Shown in pieces: positions 18,630 to 28,044 of a DNA stretch of 64,000 bases (position 1 is the stretch's first letter; every line of letters starts with the position of its first letter). The translations under genes were made by a program, and so were the position numbers. Source of the DNA: an uncultured Actinomycetes bacterium (lineage in GTDB: Bacteria; Actinomycetota; Thermoleophilia; UBA2241); NCBI GenBank assembly GCA_963767005.1, contig CAVYCN010000014.1:1-64000 (forward strand), given 5' to 3'. The notes below the pieces were generated by a model that saw nothing but the letters and a program-made list of their open reading frames with translations, did no database searches and was not told where the DNA came from.

Positions 18630-19979
18630 TCAGCTCGCCGCGGGGCCGGGCGGCGTCCAGCGGTAGACGAGGTACCAGAGGAACAGCTCCCAGGCGAGCA
18701 GGAGCAGCGCTATCGCGACGATCCAGGCCCAGCCCGGCGTCGTGGCGAGCAGGATGATCGCGGCCACCACCACGCCGCCCACGCGCAGCCAGTCCGTATG
18801 ACGCAGCAGGACACGTCCGACGGTCCCCTGGCGGGCGATCGCCTCGGCGCCGGAGGCGCCGAGGCCCGCCGCCGAGGCCCCGAGGCCGGCGGCGCCGTGC
18901 GCGACCTTGTGGAACCACTGCGGCTTGCCCAGCAGAAAGGCGACCACGGCCACCACGATACCGGCGACGAGGAACCAGAGCGTGAAGCTCTGGAGGTTGC
19001 CGATGATGGCTCTGAGCGCCGCCGTGGCGACGGCTCCACCCTGGTGCCCGGCGAGGCCGGCCGCGACGTCGTCCTCGATGCGACGGACCAGCACGCGCGT
19101 CACGATGAGCGCCAGGCCCACGCCCAGGCCGAGCTCGATCAGGGTGCGGCGCCGGTGGAGCGACAGCCAGACGGCCGCGACGATCAGCGCGACGGCGGCG
19201 ACGATCAGCACCACCACCACCGCGTTGAAGATGCGCACGATCTTCTGGGCGGTCGACAGGTCCTGGGACTGCAGCAGGGTGATCTGGGCGAAGCCGGCCG
19301 GCAGCGTCACGCCGAGCGCCTGCGAGAGCTGCTGCTCGGCCTGGCCGGGCGGCGTCGCCGCTGAGATCTCGGGGATCGGCCGGGGCAGCAGGCGCGGCGC
19401 CCGCTGCTGCACGGCGATGAGCGCCTTCGACAGCAGCGGCAGCAGGTTCAGCTCGAGCTTGCCGCCGTTCGCGCGGAGCGCTCCCGGCTTGTTCTGCAGC
19501 ACGTTCACGACCTGCCGGTGCGCCACCCGGTTGACGGTCACCCAGACGTCGTAGGCGGTCGGGCTGGTCACGAACCGCTCGATGGTGCGCTGCAGGAAGG
19601 TCTGCAGCCAGCCCTGCAGCGCGATCGCGATCGGATCGGCCAGGGGCTGGAGCCGGGGCGGCAGGGCGTTCTGGGTGCGCTGCCCGATGTCGATCGTGTC
19701 GGTGCCCTGCTGGGCGAGGTAGACGCTCAGGTCGTGGGTCACCGCCGGGTCCTTGGCGATCGGCGCGACGGTCGCGACCCAGGTGTCGGTGTTGAACAGG
19801 AAGTCGTGCGCCCAGAGCGTCACCGAACCGACCAGCACGACGAGCACCGCGACGACCACGAGCGCGCCGACCAGCCAGTTGCGCCGGCGCACGTGCGCTC
19901 GTCCGGCGCCGCGCTCGCCGAGCCAGGTCGAGACGGCTCGCCAGGTCGACGACCGTTCTTGTCCCGCGCCCTTGCTCAT
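18630..19979 (-). CDS. Integral membrane hypothetical protein
   Basis: N-terminal TM, soluble region (WVATVAPIAKDPAV), several C-terminal TMs. Confidence 0.75.
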   Translation of the reverse strand: MSKGAGQERSSTWRAVSTWLGERGAGRAHVRRRNWLVGALVVVAVLVVLVGSVTLWAHDFLFNTDTWVATVAPIAKDPAVTHDLSVYLAQQGTDTIDIGQRTQNALPPRLQPLADPIAIALQGWLQTFLQRTIERFVTSPTAYDVWVTVNRVAHRQVVNVLQNKPGALRANGGKLELNLLPLLSKALIAVQQRAPRLLPRPIPEISAATPPGQAEQQLSQALGVTLPAGFAQITLLQSQDLSTAQKIVRIFNAVVVVLIVAAVALIVAAVWLSLHRRRTLIELGLGVGLALIVTRVLVRRIEDDVAAGLAGHQGGAVATAALRAIIGNLQSFTLWFLVAGIVVAVVAFLLGKPQWFHKVAHGAAGLGASAAGLGASGAEAIARQGTVGRVLLRHTDWLRVGGVVVAAIILLATTPGWAWIVAIALLLLAWELFLWYLVYRWTPPGPAAS

Positions 19980-20133
19980 GGATCGTCCACCCGCCTCGCC
20001 GCGCTCGCCTCGCTCGCCCCCGTGTCTGTGGTGTGTCCGCCGGCGCGCGGCCCAGAACCGTTCAGGCGATCGCCGGCGTGTTCGGCGGCGCCGGCGCGTT
20101 CGCACCGCGCCGGCGCGCGGCATCGGGCCATCG

Positions 20134-20850
20134 TCAGCCTTGGTCGCTGCTGCGGGCGTGCTGCCCGTACAGCGACACGAGCAGCGCCACCGCGGTCACC
20201 AGGAAGATCTGCCCGAGCATGGCCTCGAAGAGCGACAGCACGCGGGCGAGGCTGGTCGCCGGCGTGAGGTCGCCGTAGCCCACTGTGGTCATGGTGATGA
20301 AGCTGAAGTAGACGAAGTCGGCCGGCGAGTGACTGCCGGCCTGCGCGAAGAAGCTGCCGGTGGCGCGGTGGACGCCGACGAAGACGTAGGCGAACGTCAG
20401 GCCGATCAGCACGTAGATCGAGACCGCCCCGAACAGGAGGCGCAGCGTGACCTGCCTCTCCATGAAGATGCGGCGCAGGATCAGGGGCGGCGTCGCGACG
20501 AGCATCGCCGCGAGCAGGAAGAACCCGGCTCCCTGGAAACGGGTGGTGTCGAACACGGCCTCGAAGACCGCGAACAGCGTGATGCAGGCGCCGGCTGCCA
20601 GAGCGATGCGCGTGACGCGGCGGGGCGCGCCCGCCGTGATGAGACCGATGACGAGGGTCACCGCCACCAGCGGCGTGGAGATCAGCGTACCCCACACGCC
20701 GACCGGCAGGATGAAGGCCAGCAGGACGTCGGTCAGCACCAGGGCGAGGAGCAGAGGGTAGCGCGCCGAGCCGCGCAGGTGCGGCGCCTCCTCGAGGCGT
20801 CGGTAGGCGCGCGCCGCGCGCGTGTCGCGTCTGTCGCCGGGCGGCGTCAC
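20134..20850 (-). CDS. Potassium channel family protein
   Basis: YFSFITMTTVGYGD selectivity filter. Confidence 0.9.
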   Translation of the reverse strand: MTPPGDRRDTRAARAYRRLEEAPHLRGSARYPLLLALVLTDVLLAFILPVGVWGTLISTPLVAVTLVIGLITAGAPRRVTRIALAAGACITLFAVFEAVFDTTRFQGAGFFLLAAMLVATPPLILRRIFMERQVTLRLLFGAVSIYVLIGLTFAYVFVGVHRATGSFFAQAGSHSPADFVYFSFITMTTVGYGDLTPATSLARVLSLFEAMLGQIFLVTAVALLVSLYGQHARSSDQG

Positions 20851-20865
20851 GGTCTCACCCGTCGG

Positions 20866-20906
20866 GGGCGCGGCGGGGCGGACCTGCGGTCCGCCCCGCC
20901 GCGCCC
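20866..20906. terminator. 19-bp GC-rich stem-loop
   Basis: GGGCGCGGCGGGGCGGACC-TGC-GGTCCGCCCCGCCGCGCCC between co-directional genes; no U-tract. Confidence 0.55.
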
Positions 20907-20947
20907 GCCGCGCTCGATGATGTCCGGCGGGCGGGTCGGCGACCGGC

Positions 20948-21466
20948 TCAGGCCGCGGCCGCCCGCTCGGTCCCCTCGTGCTTGCGCGCGCCGAAGGCGT
21001 GCTTGAGCTGCTTCTCCTGCTCCTCGGTCAGGTTCGTGCGCACGACCCTGGCGTTGGTACCCTCGACCTCGGCCAGGAACTTGTCCTCGGTCTTCTGGGC
21101 GATGATCAGGAACCAGCCGGCCTTGCCGGGCGGCACCGCGTCGCCCATCTGCTGGAGCACCTGCTGGTCGATGCCCGTCTTGCCGAGCTTGCCGAAGAGC
21201 GCGCCCAGGCCGGCTCCGAGGGCAAGCCCCAGGAACGGTATGAAGAACAGCAGGCCGAAGAGCATGCCCCAGAAGGCGCCGCCCATGGCGCCCGCTCCCA
21301 CCAGATGGTGGCCGTGCTTGACGTGCGGCTTGCCGTCCGGGTCGCGCACGACCTCGGCGGCGTCCTGGAGCTGGACGACCATGTCGCGCTGCATCTGCTC
21401 CAGCTTGAAGCCGAAGTTGTCGGCCTCGGCTTCGGTGTCGAAGCCCAGGACCATCATCTCGCTCAT
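20948..21466 (-). CDS. DUF1269 membrane protein
   Basis: GAMGGAFWGMLFGLLFFIPFLGLALGA and VVRTNL motifs; GGAGG RBS. Confidence 0.9.
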   Translation of the reverse strand: MSEMMVLGFDTEAEADNFGFKLEQMQRDMVVQLQDAAEVVRDPDGKPHVKHGHHLVGAGAMGGAFWGMLFGLLFFIPFLGLALGAGLGALFGKLGKTGIDQQVLQQMGDAVPPGKAGWFLIIAQKTEDKFLAEVEGTNARVVRTNLTEEQEKQLKHAFGARKHEGTERAAAA

Positions 21467-21644
21467 CCATTCCTCCTTGTCTTGCCTGCCGTCCGTCGCT
21501 TGTGCAAGAAGAGAGCCCGCCTCGGGCCGGCGCGCGCCCTCCCCGGGAGGCCGGAGGCGGCGCCGCTGCAAGGCCGCGGCGCCGTTCCCGTGATGATGGC
21601 GGGCGGCTTACCCGGGGCGCGCCGCGGACAAGCCGTTCGCCGCG

Positions 21645-22373
21645 CTAAGGGGCGACGTGCGACCTGGCGTGGAGCTCGCGCCAGCGGGCGCCCTCCTTGC
21701 GCAGCCTGAAGGCGACGACGATCGTGACGATGCCCCACGCCACGGCCGCGAGGCCGACGAGCACGCCGACGAGCGTGATGGTCGCGCCCGGCCAGACGAT
21801 CATGAGGACCCCGAGCACACCGAGCGCGAGGCCCACGAGCAGGTCGTGACCTCGTGTCGCGGGCGCGGCGCGGAGCGCTCCCGCGGCCCGCACGACACCC
21901 CACAGCAGCACGGTGATACCGCCGACGACGGCGACGACCCTGAGGGTCTCGCCGGGCCAGACGAGCAGGACGAGCCCGCCGACGACGGCGATCGCGGCCG
22001 CGCTGAAGCGCGCCCATGGCGCTCCCCCGCCGCGCACGGTGACGAGCTGCGCCACGCCGGCGAAGATCAGGAACAGGCCGGTGAGCCACACGAGGGCGGT
22101 CAGGCTGCCGAAGGCCCGGCTCAGCACGATGAGGCCGAACACGATACCGACACCGCCGAACGCGGCGAGCCAGCCCCAGTTGGCCGCCGCCCAGCCGGCC
22201 TGCCGGTCGAGCTCCCGCGCCTCGGCCGACGTGACGCTGATCTCTGGTTGGACGACGATGCGTTCCTCGCCGGCCGGCCGGCCGGCCCGTTCCTGCTCGC
22301 CCCTGTCGAACGGCGTGGCGGAGCGATCGGCCCCACCCACGTCGAAATCGTGGTCTTCTTGCGGAGTGCTCAT
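21645..22373 (-). CDS. HdeD/DUF308 family membrane protein
   Basis: Repeated TM hairpins with GLVLLVWPGET / MIVWPGAT. Confidence 0.8.
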   Translation of the reverse strand: MSTPQEDHDFDVGGADRSATPFDRGEQERAGRPAGEERIVVQPEISVTSAEARELDRQAGWAAANWGWLAAFGGVGIVFGLIVLSRAFGSLTALVWLTGLFLIFAGVAQLVTVRGGGAPWARFSAAAIAVVGGLVLLVWPGETLRVVAVVGGITVLLWGVVRAAGALRAAPATRGHDLLVGLALGVLGVLMIVWPGATITLVGVLVGLAAVAWGIVTIVVAFRLRKEGARWRELHARSHVAP

Positions 22374-22440
22374 ACCCCACCTCCATGGGCCTGCGCTTCG
22401 CTTTGCGGTCCCGGCCACACGACGGCGGCCGGGCCGCTCC

Positions 22441-22938
22441 TCAGGCGGCCCCTCTCGCCTCGATGTCGATGGCGACGAGGTCGTCGGGGTGGATCCACTG
22501 GTCTGCCAGCGCGACGCCGCCGGAGCGGGTGATCGCGTCGCGCAGGGGGATCGCCCAGCGGTGCTCGAGCACCGCGATGGCGGCCGTCATGCCGGCCGGG
22601 ATGGCGTCGGCGAGGTACCAGACCTCAGCGGATTCGAACAGAGAGCCTTCGGCCACGGCGGCTACGCCAGCCTCGGCTCCCGCCTCGATGCCCTCGTCAT
22701 CGGCCGCGCCGAGCCCGAGCAGGGCGCCGGCCACGGCACCCAGCTTGGCGAGCTCGGCGCTGTCGCTGATCTCCACCTTCGTGAAGGTACCGTCGTCGTT
22801 GTGGTGCACGACGAGCAGGTCGATGAGCCGCACGATGTCGTGCTCCATGAGCTTGCGGAGCTCGCGCAGGGCCTCGCCCCGGAACGTCGCGTCGGTGTCG
22901 TACCCGATCGCCAGGAGCTGCACTGGTCCGAGCGTCAT
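22441..22938 (-). CDS. DUF6325/DUF1269-like protein
   Basis: MTLGPVQ, IVRLIDLL, LEHRWAIPL motifs. Confidence 0.8.
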   Translation of the reverse strand: MTLGPVQLLAIGYDTDATFRGEALRELRKLMEHDIVRLIDLLVVHHNDDGTFTKVEISDSAELAKLGAVAGALLGLGAADDEGIEAGAEAGVAAVAEGSLFESAEVWYLADAIPAGMTAAIAVLEHRWAIPLRDAITRSGGVALADQWIHPDDLVAIDIEARGAA

Positions 22939-22954
22939 ATCGTCACTTCCTCGC

Positions 22955-23239
22955 TCACATGCTCTGCAGGATCTTCTGCTTTTCGAGGTCGAACTCAGCC
23001 TGGGTCAGGACGCCCTGGTCGAGCAGCTCCTTGAGCTGCCTGAGCTGGCCCATCTTGTCTTCGGTCGAAGCCGGCCCCGGTCCGGCCGGCGGGGCCTGCG
23101 CCTGCTGTGCCTGCAGCTCGGTGATCTGCGCATCTTGCTGCGCCGTGCTCTCGCGTGACTGCTGGACTTTCTTGCCCGCGTAGTAGGCGGTGCCGCCCAC
23201 GACCGCGGCGCGCATCAGGGGTCTGCGGCGAACCAACAT
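22955..23239 (-). CDS. SHOCT domain protein
   Basis: C-terminal LRQLKELLDQGVLTQAEFDLEKQKIL. Confidence 0.88.
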   Translation of the reverse strand: MLVRRRPLMRAAVVGGTAYYAGKKVQQSRESTAQQDAQITELQAQQAQAPPAGPGPASTEDKMGQLRQLKELLDQGVLTQAEFDLEKQKILQSM

Positions 23240-23442
23240 GTCTCTGCCCTCTCCGGCTGGTTCAGGGCGGGCGGTCCGCCCCGCGACGACCACGGCCGCA
23301 TTCCCCTTCGCGCCCTCGCCGAAGCCGTTCCCCGTCGACGACGCGGCCCGCGCGGCGAACGGATTGAAGCCCCCCGGCCGCGGCAATAGGCGGGCGGTCA
23401 GGGGTGGCGCGGCGGCCTGTCGCGACTCGTCAGGAGGGTTCC

Positions 23443-24523
23443 ATGGAAGAGCCCGGGCACGGGCCCCTCGCGGAGGATGTCGCCGGCGGCGTGACGCCGG
23501 CCCTACGGCTGCTGCTGACGCTGGCGGCCGGCGCGATCCTTCTGCTGGCGCTGCGGCTCGCGGCTTCGATCGTCGATCCGATCGTGCTCGCCCTGGTCGT
23601 CACCGTGGCGGTCTCGCCCCTGCTCACTGGGCTCATCAGGCGCGGTGTGCCCGCCTGGCTGGCCTGGTTGCTCACCGTGATCGTGACCCTGGCCGCCGTC
23701 GCCTTCGTCGTGGTCGTCGGGCTCACCGGCATCGCCCGGCTGATCGCCGAGATCCCGCGCTACCAGTCCGAGCTCGCGGCGCGCTGGCAACACGCCAAGA
23801 CGGCGCTGCAGCACGCCGGCCTGAACTCGAGCGGCCTGACGCAGGGTCACAGCGCCTTCCTCGACCCGCAACGCGTCACGAAGGTCGCGGTGCACGTCCT
23901 GCAGGTGGCCAAGCGCGCCGTGTCGACCGGGCTGCTCACCCTGCTGCTCGTGCTCTTCATGCTGGGCGAGGCGGCGAGCGTCGGCCTGCGCTTCGTGGCC
24001 ACGCCGCCGCGGGTGAGCAAGACTCTCGCCCGCCTCGAGGTCTTCACCAGCGACATGCGTCAATTCGTGCAGGCGACCACGATCGCCGGCCTCGTCGCGG
24101 GCGCGGCCGTCACGGTCTTCCTGGCGCTGATCGGCGTCCACTACCCGCTGCTCTGGGGCCTGTTCGCCTTCTTCATGACCTTCATCCCGACGCTCGGCCC
24201 GCTGCTCGCCATCGCGCCGCCCACGTTCCTCGCGCTGCTCGAGTCGGGCTGGAGCAAGGCGCTGTATCACGGCGATCGGCATGTTCGTCGTCTTTTCGAT
24301 CGTCGGCAACCTCGTCGGCCGGCGGCTGATCGCGCGCCGCACCAACCTCTCGACGCTCGCGGTGGTCCTGTCGGTCGTCCTCTGGGGCTGGGTCCTCGGT
24401 CTGCTCGGCGGCCTGCTGGCCGTACCCATGACGCTGCTCGTGCGGCGCCTGTTCATCGAAGCCTACGACGAGTCGGGCTGGGCGACCGCGCTGCTCGGGC
24501 GCGTCGCGCGACCGCGCTCGTAG
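23443..24523 (+). pseudogene. AI-2E (TqsA/PerM) transporter with +1 frameshift at ~24265 (pseudogene or sequence error)
   Basis: FIPTLGP in first frame; WGWVLGLLGGLLAVPMT in ORF 24281..24523; removing T24265 joins them. Confidence 0.8.
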
Positions 24524-24573
24524 GGTGTCGCGAGGACGGCGCCTCCGACGCTCTCTCCCCTCCGTCGGACGTG

Positions 24574-25284
24574 CTACTTGAAGATGTTCACGGCGCGCGC
24601 GACGACCAGGCCGAGCAGCGCCAGCGACACGCTCGACTGTGCCACCATGGCGAGCTTCGCCCAGGCGGCCAGCGGCATGACGTCGGTGGGGCTGAACGCC
24701 GTGGCGTTGGTGAAGCCGACGTACAGGTAGTCGACGAAGCGCGGGCGCCAGCCGTCGGGGGCGATCTCGGGGGCGAGCTGCTGCGGGAAGGCGAAGTCCG
24801 GGTGGGCCGGGAGGCCGTGCGCGCGACGCGCCGGTCCGCCGCTGTCGAGCTCCCAGTAGAGCAGGCCGAAGGCGAGGCAGTTCGACGTCCAGACCATCGC
24901 GCCGGCGGCGAGCAGCGTGTTCGCCGAGGCGGTGGCCTGGCCGCCGCGGATGAGCTCGGCGATGAGCTCCACGGTGCACCACAGGGCGTTGCCGGCGAGC
25001 AGCGCGACGAGCGCGACGGTCAGGGTGCGCTCGAGCCGTGAGACCCGGTCGATCTTGCCGGGGTCGCCGGCGATCACCGCGACGAGCAGCAGGCCCTCGA
25101 CCAGCGGCACCGGCCAGCGTGGCCGGACGATCAGGCTGTGGGGCAGAAAGACGGTCAGCAGGACGAGGGCCACGACGGCTGTGGCCATCGGCCAGCGCGC
25201 CTCGCCGACGACCGTGACCGGGTCGCGGCCGGCGCCGGCGTCGGGCGCTGGTCCGACCGCGCGGAGGTCGCGCCGTCCGGTCAC
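24574..25284 (-). CDS. DUF1345-like membrane protein
   Basis: GEARWP, YWELDSGGP, DFAFPQ, FVDYLYVGFTNATAFSPTDVMPL; start uncertain. Confidence 0.82.
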   Translation of the reverse strand: MTGRRDLRAVGPAPDAGAGRDPVTVVGEARWPMATAVVALVLLTVFLPHSLIVRPRWPVPLVEGLLLVAVIAGDPGKIDRVSRLERTLTVALVALLAGNALWCTVELIAELIRGGQATASANTLLAAGAMVWTSNCLAFGLLYWELDSGGPARRAHGLPAHPDFAFPQQLAPEIAPDGWRPRFVDYLYVGFTNATAFSPTDVMPLAAWAKLAMVAQSSVSLALLGLVVARAVNIFK

Positions 25285-25304
25285 CCGCAGCCATCTGCGC
25301 GAGG

Positions 25305-25478
25305 TCACCCGACACCTCGTCGGGGAGGCGACGAGGGCGGCGAGCCGGCGACCGGGCGGGGGCGTGGCGCGAGCGCGACGGTCACGAGATAGGCCACGAC
25401 GACCCCGACGATGATGAGGTAGCCGCGGTCGCGCAGGATCGCCGTCGGGTCCCGGGGTGCCGGCCCTGCCGCGGACAC
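25305..25478 (-). pseudogene. 57-codon ORF, possible internally deleted chloride-channel-family gene
   Basis: VSAAGPAPRDPTAILRDRGY-LIIVGVVVAYLVTVALAP...; resembles joined N- and C-termini of actinobacterial ClC-like proteins (from memory). Confidence 0.4.
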
Positions 25479-25507
25479 CGGGTGCGTCCTCTAGCGGCGC
25501 GCGCGCG

Positions 25508-26371
25508 TCACGACCCGGTGTGCCGTTCGGGCCGCGTGTCGAGCGCGTCGAGGCTCCCCTGCGCGGCCGCGGCGCCGCTGCGATCGCCGCCCGGGCCGCG
25601 CAGGACATAGGCGAAGCCGACGGCGATGAGGGCGCCGGCGAGCGGCCCCACGACGTAGGCCCAGTAGTGGGAGAAGTCCCAGAGCGCGAGGTCGGGGCCG
25701 AAGGAGCGCGCCGGGTTCATCGAGGCGCCGCTGACCGGGCTCGACCACAGGCCCGCCAGGATGATGTAACCGCCGACCCCGAGGGCGCCGAAGACGCCGA
25801 CGTTCTGGGCACCCGACGCCGTGCCGAGGATGGTGCTCACCAGGCCGAAGGTGAGCAGGAGCTCCATCGCCATGGCCTGGACCGTGCTGATGCCCGGGCC
25901 CGGTTCGGTGGCGCCCAGCATGCCGACCTTGCCGAGCAGGGCCCAGAGCACGAGGCAGGCGAGCGTGGCGCCCAGGAGCTGGACGGCGACGTAGCCCGGC
26001 ACCCGGCGCCAGGGAAAGTCGCCGCGCGCCGCGAAGGCGACGCTGACCGCCGGGTTCAGGTGCGCGCCGGACACCGCGCCCATGAAGAGGATGATGGCCA
26101 TCACCATGAGCCCCGGGGCGGTGACGGCGGCGCTGCGACCGATGGCGCCGTGAGAACGGGCGTCGACCACGGCGCCACCCGCTCCGACCAGCACGAGCAA
26201 GAACGTGCCGACCAGCTCGGAGATCAGCCGGCGCCACTCGTGCCGCGGGTCATCGAAATCCCAGGACTTGCCGAACTCGAGCTCGAGCAGGCCGGCCGCC
26301 CGGTGGCGAGCCGCCTCGCTGGCGACGTCGCGGTGCTGGCCGCCTGGTCCCGCCTCTCCAGCCACGTTCAC
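25508..26371 (-). CDS. Aquaporin/MIP family channel
   Basis: SGAHLNPAVS and SGASMNPARSFGP (two NPA motifs). Confidence 0.95.
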   Translation of the reverse strand: MNVAGEAGPGGQHRDVASEAARHRAAGLLELEFGKSWDFDDPRHEWRRLISELVGTFLLVLVGAGGAVVDARSHGAIGRSAAVTAPGLMVMAIILFMGAVSGAHLNPAVSVAFAARGDFPWRRVPGYVAVQLLGATLACLVLWALLGKVGMLGATEPGPGISTVQAMAMELLLTFGLVSTILGTASGAQNVGVFGALGVGGYIILAGLWSSPVSGASMNPARSFGPDLALWDFSHYWAYVVGPLAGALIAVGFAYVLRGPGGDRSGAAAAQGSLDALDTRPERHTGS

Positions 26372-26546
26372 CTCGGCTCTCCCTCGAGCGGTCGGGGGTC
26401 GGCACCAGCCGGGACTCCCGCGGATCACGTGGATGCCGCTTTCCCGGGCGGCGGCGGCGACAATCCGTCGTACGGCCGCCCGGTGGCGTTACGACAGCGC
26501 GACGAGCAGCGCGCGACGGCGTGAGCGGGTGCGGCGCGCGGGAACG

Positions 26547-26924
26547 ATGCCGGCCGTGACCTACGTCGAGTTCATGGAGCACGTCGCGCGAGTCTTCGAG
26601 GCCGTCGGTGTGGCGGTGCTGGTCGGCGGCTTCGCGCTGGGCATCGGGCGGGCGCTGATGAACGTGGTGCGCGGGGGACCGTCGGCGCCGTACGACGTGC
26701 TGCGCGGCTCCTTCGGGCGCACGCTCCTGCTCGGCCTCGAGGTGCTGATCGCCGCCGACCTGATCCACACCGTGGCCGTCGAGCCGACCGTGACCAACGT
26801 GCTGACGCTCGCCCTGATCGTGGTGATCCGCACGTTCCTGAGCTTCTCGGTGGGCATCGAGGTCGAGGGCCGGGTCCCGTGGCGCCGGCGCCACGACGCG
26901 ACCGAGGGCCCGCCGTCGCACTAG
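26547..26924 (+). CDS. DUF1622 membrane protein
   Basis: GRTLLLGLEVLIAADLIHTV...IRTFLSFS...EVEGRVPW. Confidence 0.9.
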   Translation: MPAVTYVEFMEHVARVFEAVGVAVLVGGFALGIGRALMNVVRGGPSAPYDVLRGSFGRTLLLGLEVLIAADLIHTVAVEPTVTNVLTLALIVVIRTFLSFSVGIEVEGRVPWRRRHDATEGPPSH

Positions 26925-27085
26925 AGCCCGCCGTCGCGCCAGGTCCCGCCGTCGCGCCAGGGCCCGCCGCCGCGTCGCCAGGGCAGGCAACGGGATTCGA
27001 ACCCGCGAGGACGGGGACAGGGCAACGTGTCGACAACAGGTCGCCGTCCCGGCCGCGGCGCAAGCCACGCCAGAGGGAGGCGCTC

Positions 27086-27532
27086 ATGAACGGCACGACC
27101 GGACGAGGTTTCGGCTGGATCGCATTCGCCGGCTACGTCCTCATCATCGGCGGTGCGTTCAACATCATGGACGGCATCGTCGCACTCTCCCGCTCGAGCT
27201 TCTTCGTGTCGGGGGCCCACTACGTGTTCAGCGACCTGCGCACGTGGGGCTGGATCGTCCTCGGCCTCGGCGTCGTCGAGGCGCTGGCCGGCTTCAGCAT
27301 CTTCACGGGGAGCCAGTGGGCGCGCTGGTTCGGCATCGGCATCGCGAGCCTGAACGCCATCGGCCAGCTCATGTTCGCGCAGGCCTACCCGCTGTGGAGC
27401 CTGATCATCATCGGCGTCGACCTGCTCGTGATCTACGGCCTGGCCGTCTACGGCGGGCCCGCGGAGGCGGCGGCGCGCATCGAAGGGATCGAGGAGGCGG
27501 AGCGGCAACAGCAGCAGCGACGCGCGGCCTGA
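27086..27532 (+). CDS. Small 4-TM membrane protein (DUF7144-like)
   Basis: GWIAFAG, DLRTWGWI, WARW, AYPLWS; GGAGG RBS. Confidence 0.8.
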   Translation: MNGTTGRGFGWIAFAGYVLIIGGAFNIMDGIVALSRSSFFVSGAHYVFSDLRTWGWIVLGLGVVEALAGFSIFTGSQWARWFGIGIASLNAIGQLMFAQAYPLWSLIIIGVDLLVIYGLAVYGGPAEAAARIEGIEEAERQQQQRRAA

Positions 27533-27590
27533 CCTTGCCGGCATGGTGAGCGTCGTGGAGCGGTCCGAGGAATAGAAGGGGCCGCCGGCG

Positions 27591-27628
27591 GGCGCGGCGG
27601 CCGGGCCGTACGGCCCGGCCGCCGCGCC
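27591..27628. repeat. Perfect 38-bp palindrome
   Basis: GGCGCGGCGGCCGGGCCGT|ACGGCCCGGCCGCCGCGCC. Confidence 0.85.
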
Positions 27629-27669
27629 TCGCGAGCGGCGGCACGTGAGAAACGAAAGGAGGGGGACAG

Positions 27670-28044
27670 ATGTCAGACACGTCTGCCGAGCGGTTCTTCG
27701 AGGAGCTCGGCACGGCCAAGGTGCGCCTGCTCCAGAACACATCGGGCACCGTACTCGTCGAGATCCGCGGCGGGGCCCGGGCCGAACGCTGGTACCTGAC
27801 CATCCACCGCGGCGAGGTCAGTGTCGCGCGCTCGGGCAGGGACCCCGATTGCGTGATACGGACCGACAAGGAGACGTTCGAGTCGATCCTCTCGGGCAGG
27901 CTGAACGCCATGGCGGCGCTGCTGCGCGGCCTGCTCGAGGTCGAGGGCAAGGTGAGTCTGCTGGCGGCGCTCCAGGCGCTCTTCCGGCCGTCGGCCGGGG
28001 CGAGCGAGCAGCGCGAGGCCATGCACGTGGGGAGGCGGGGATGA
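27670..28044 (+). CDS. SCP2 sterol-binding domain protein
   Basis: GRLNAMAALLRGLLEVEG motif; strong RBS. Confidence 0.85.
   Translation: MSDTSAERFFEELGTAKVRLLQNTSGTVLVEIRGGARAERWYLTIHRGEVSVARSGRDPDCVIRTDKETFESILSGRLNAMAALLRGLLEVEGKVSLLAALQALFRPSAGASEQREAMHVGRRG

Noticed and set aside
26977-27060. Complete tRNA gene
   Set aside because: Only a T-arm-like segment; no D arm, anticodon arm or paired acceptor stem.
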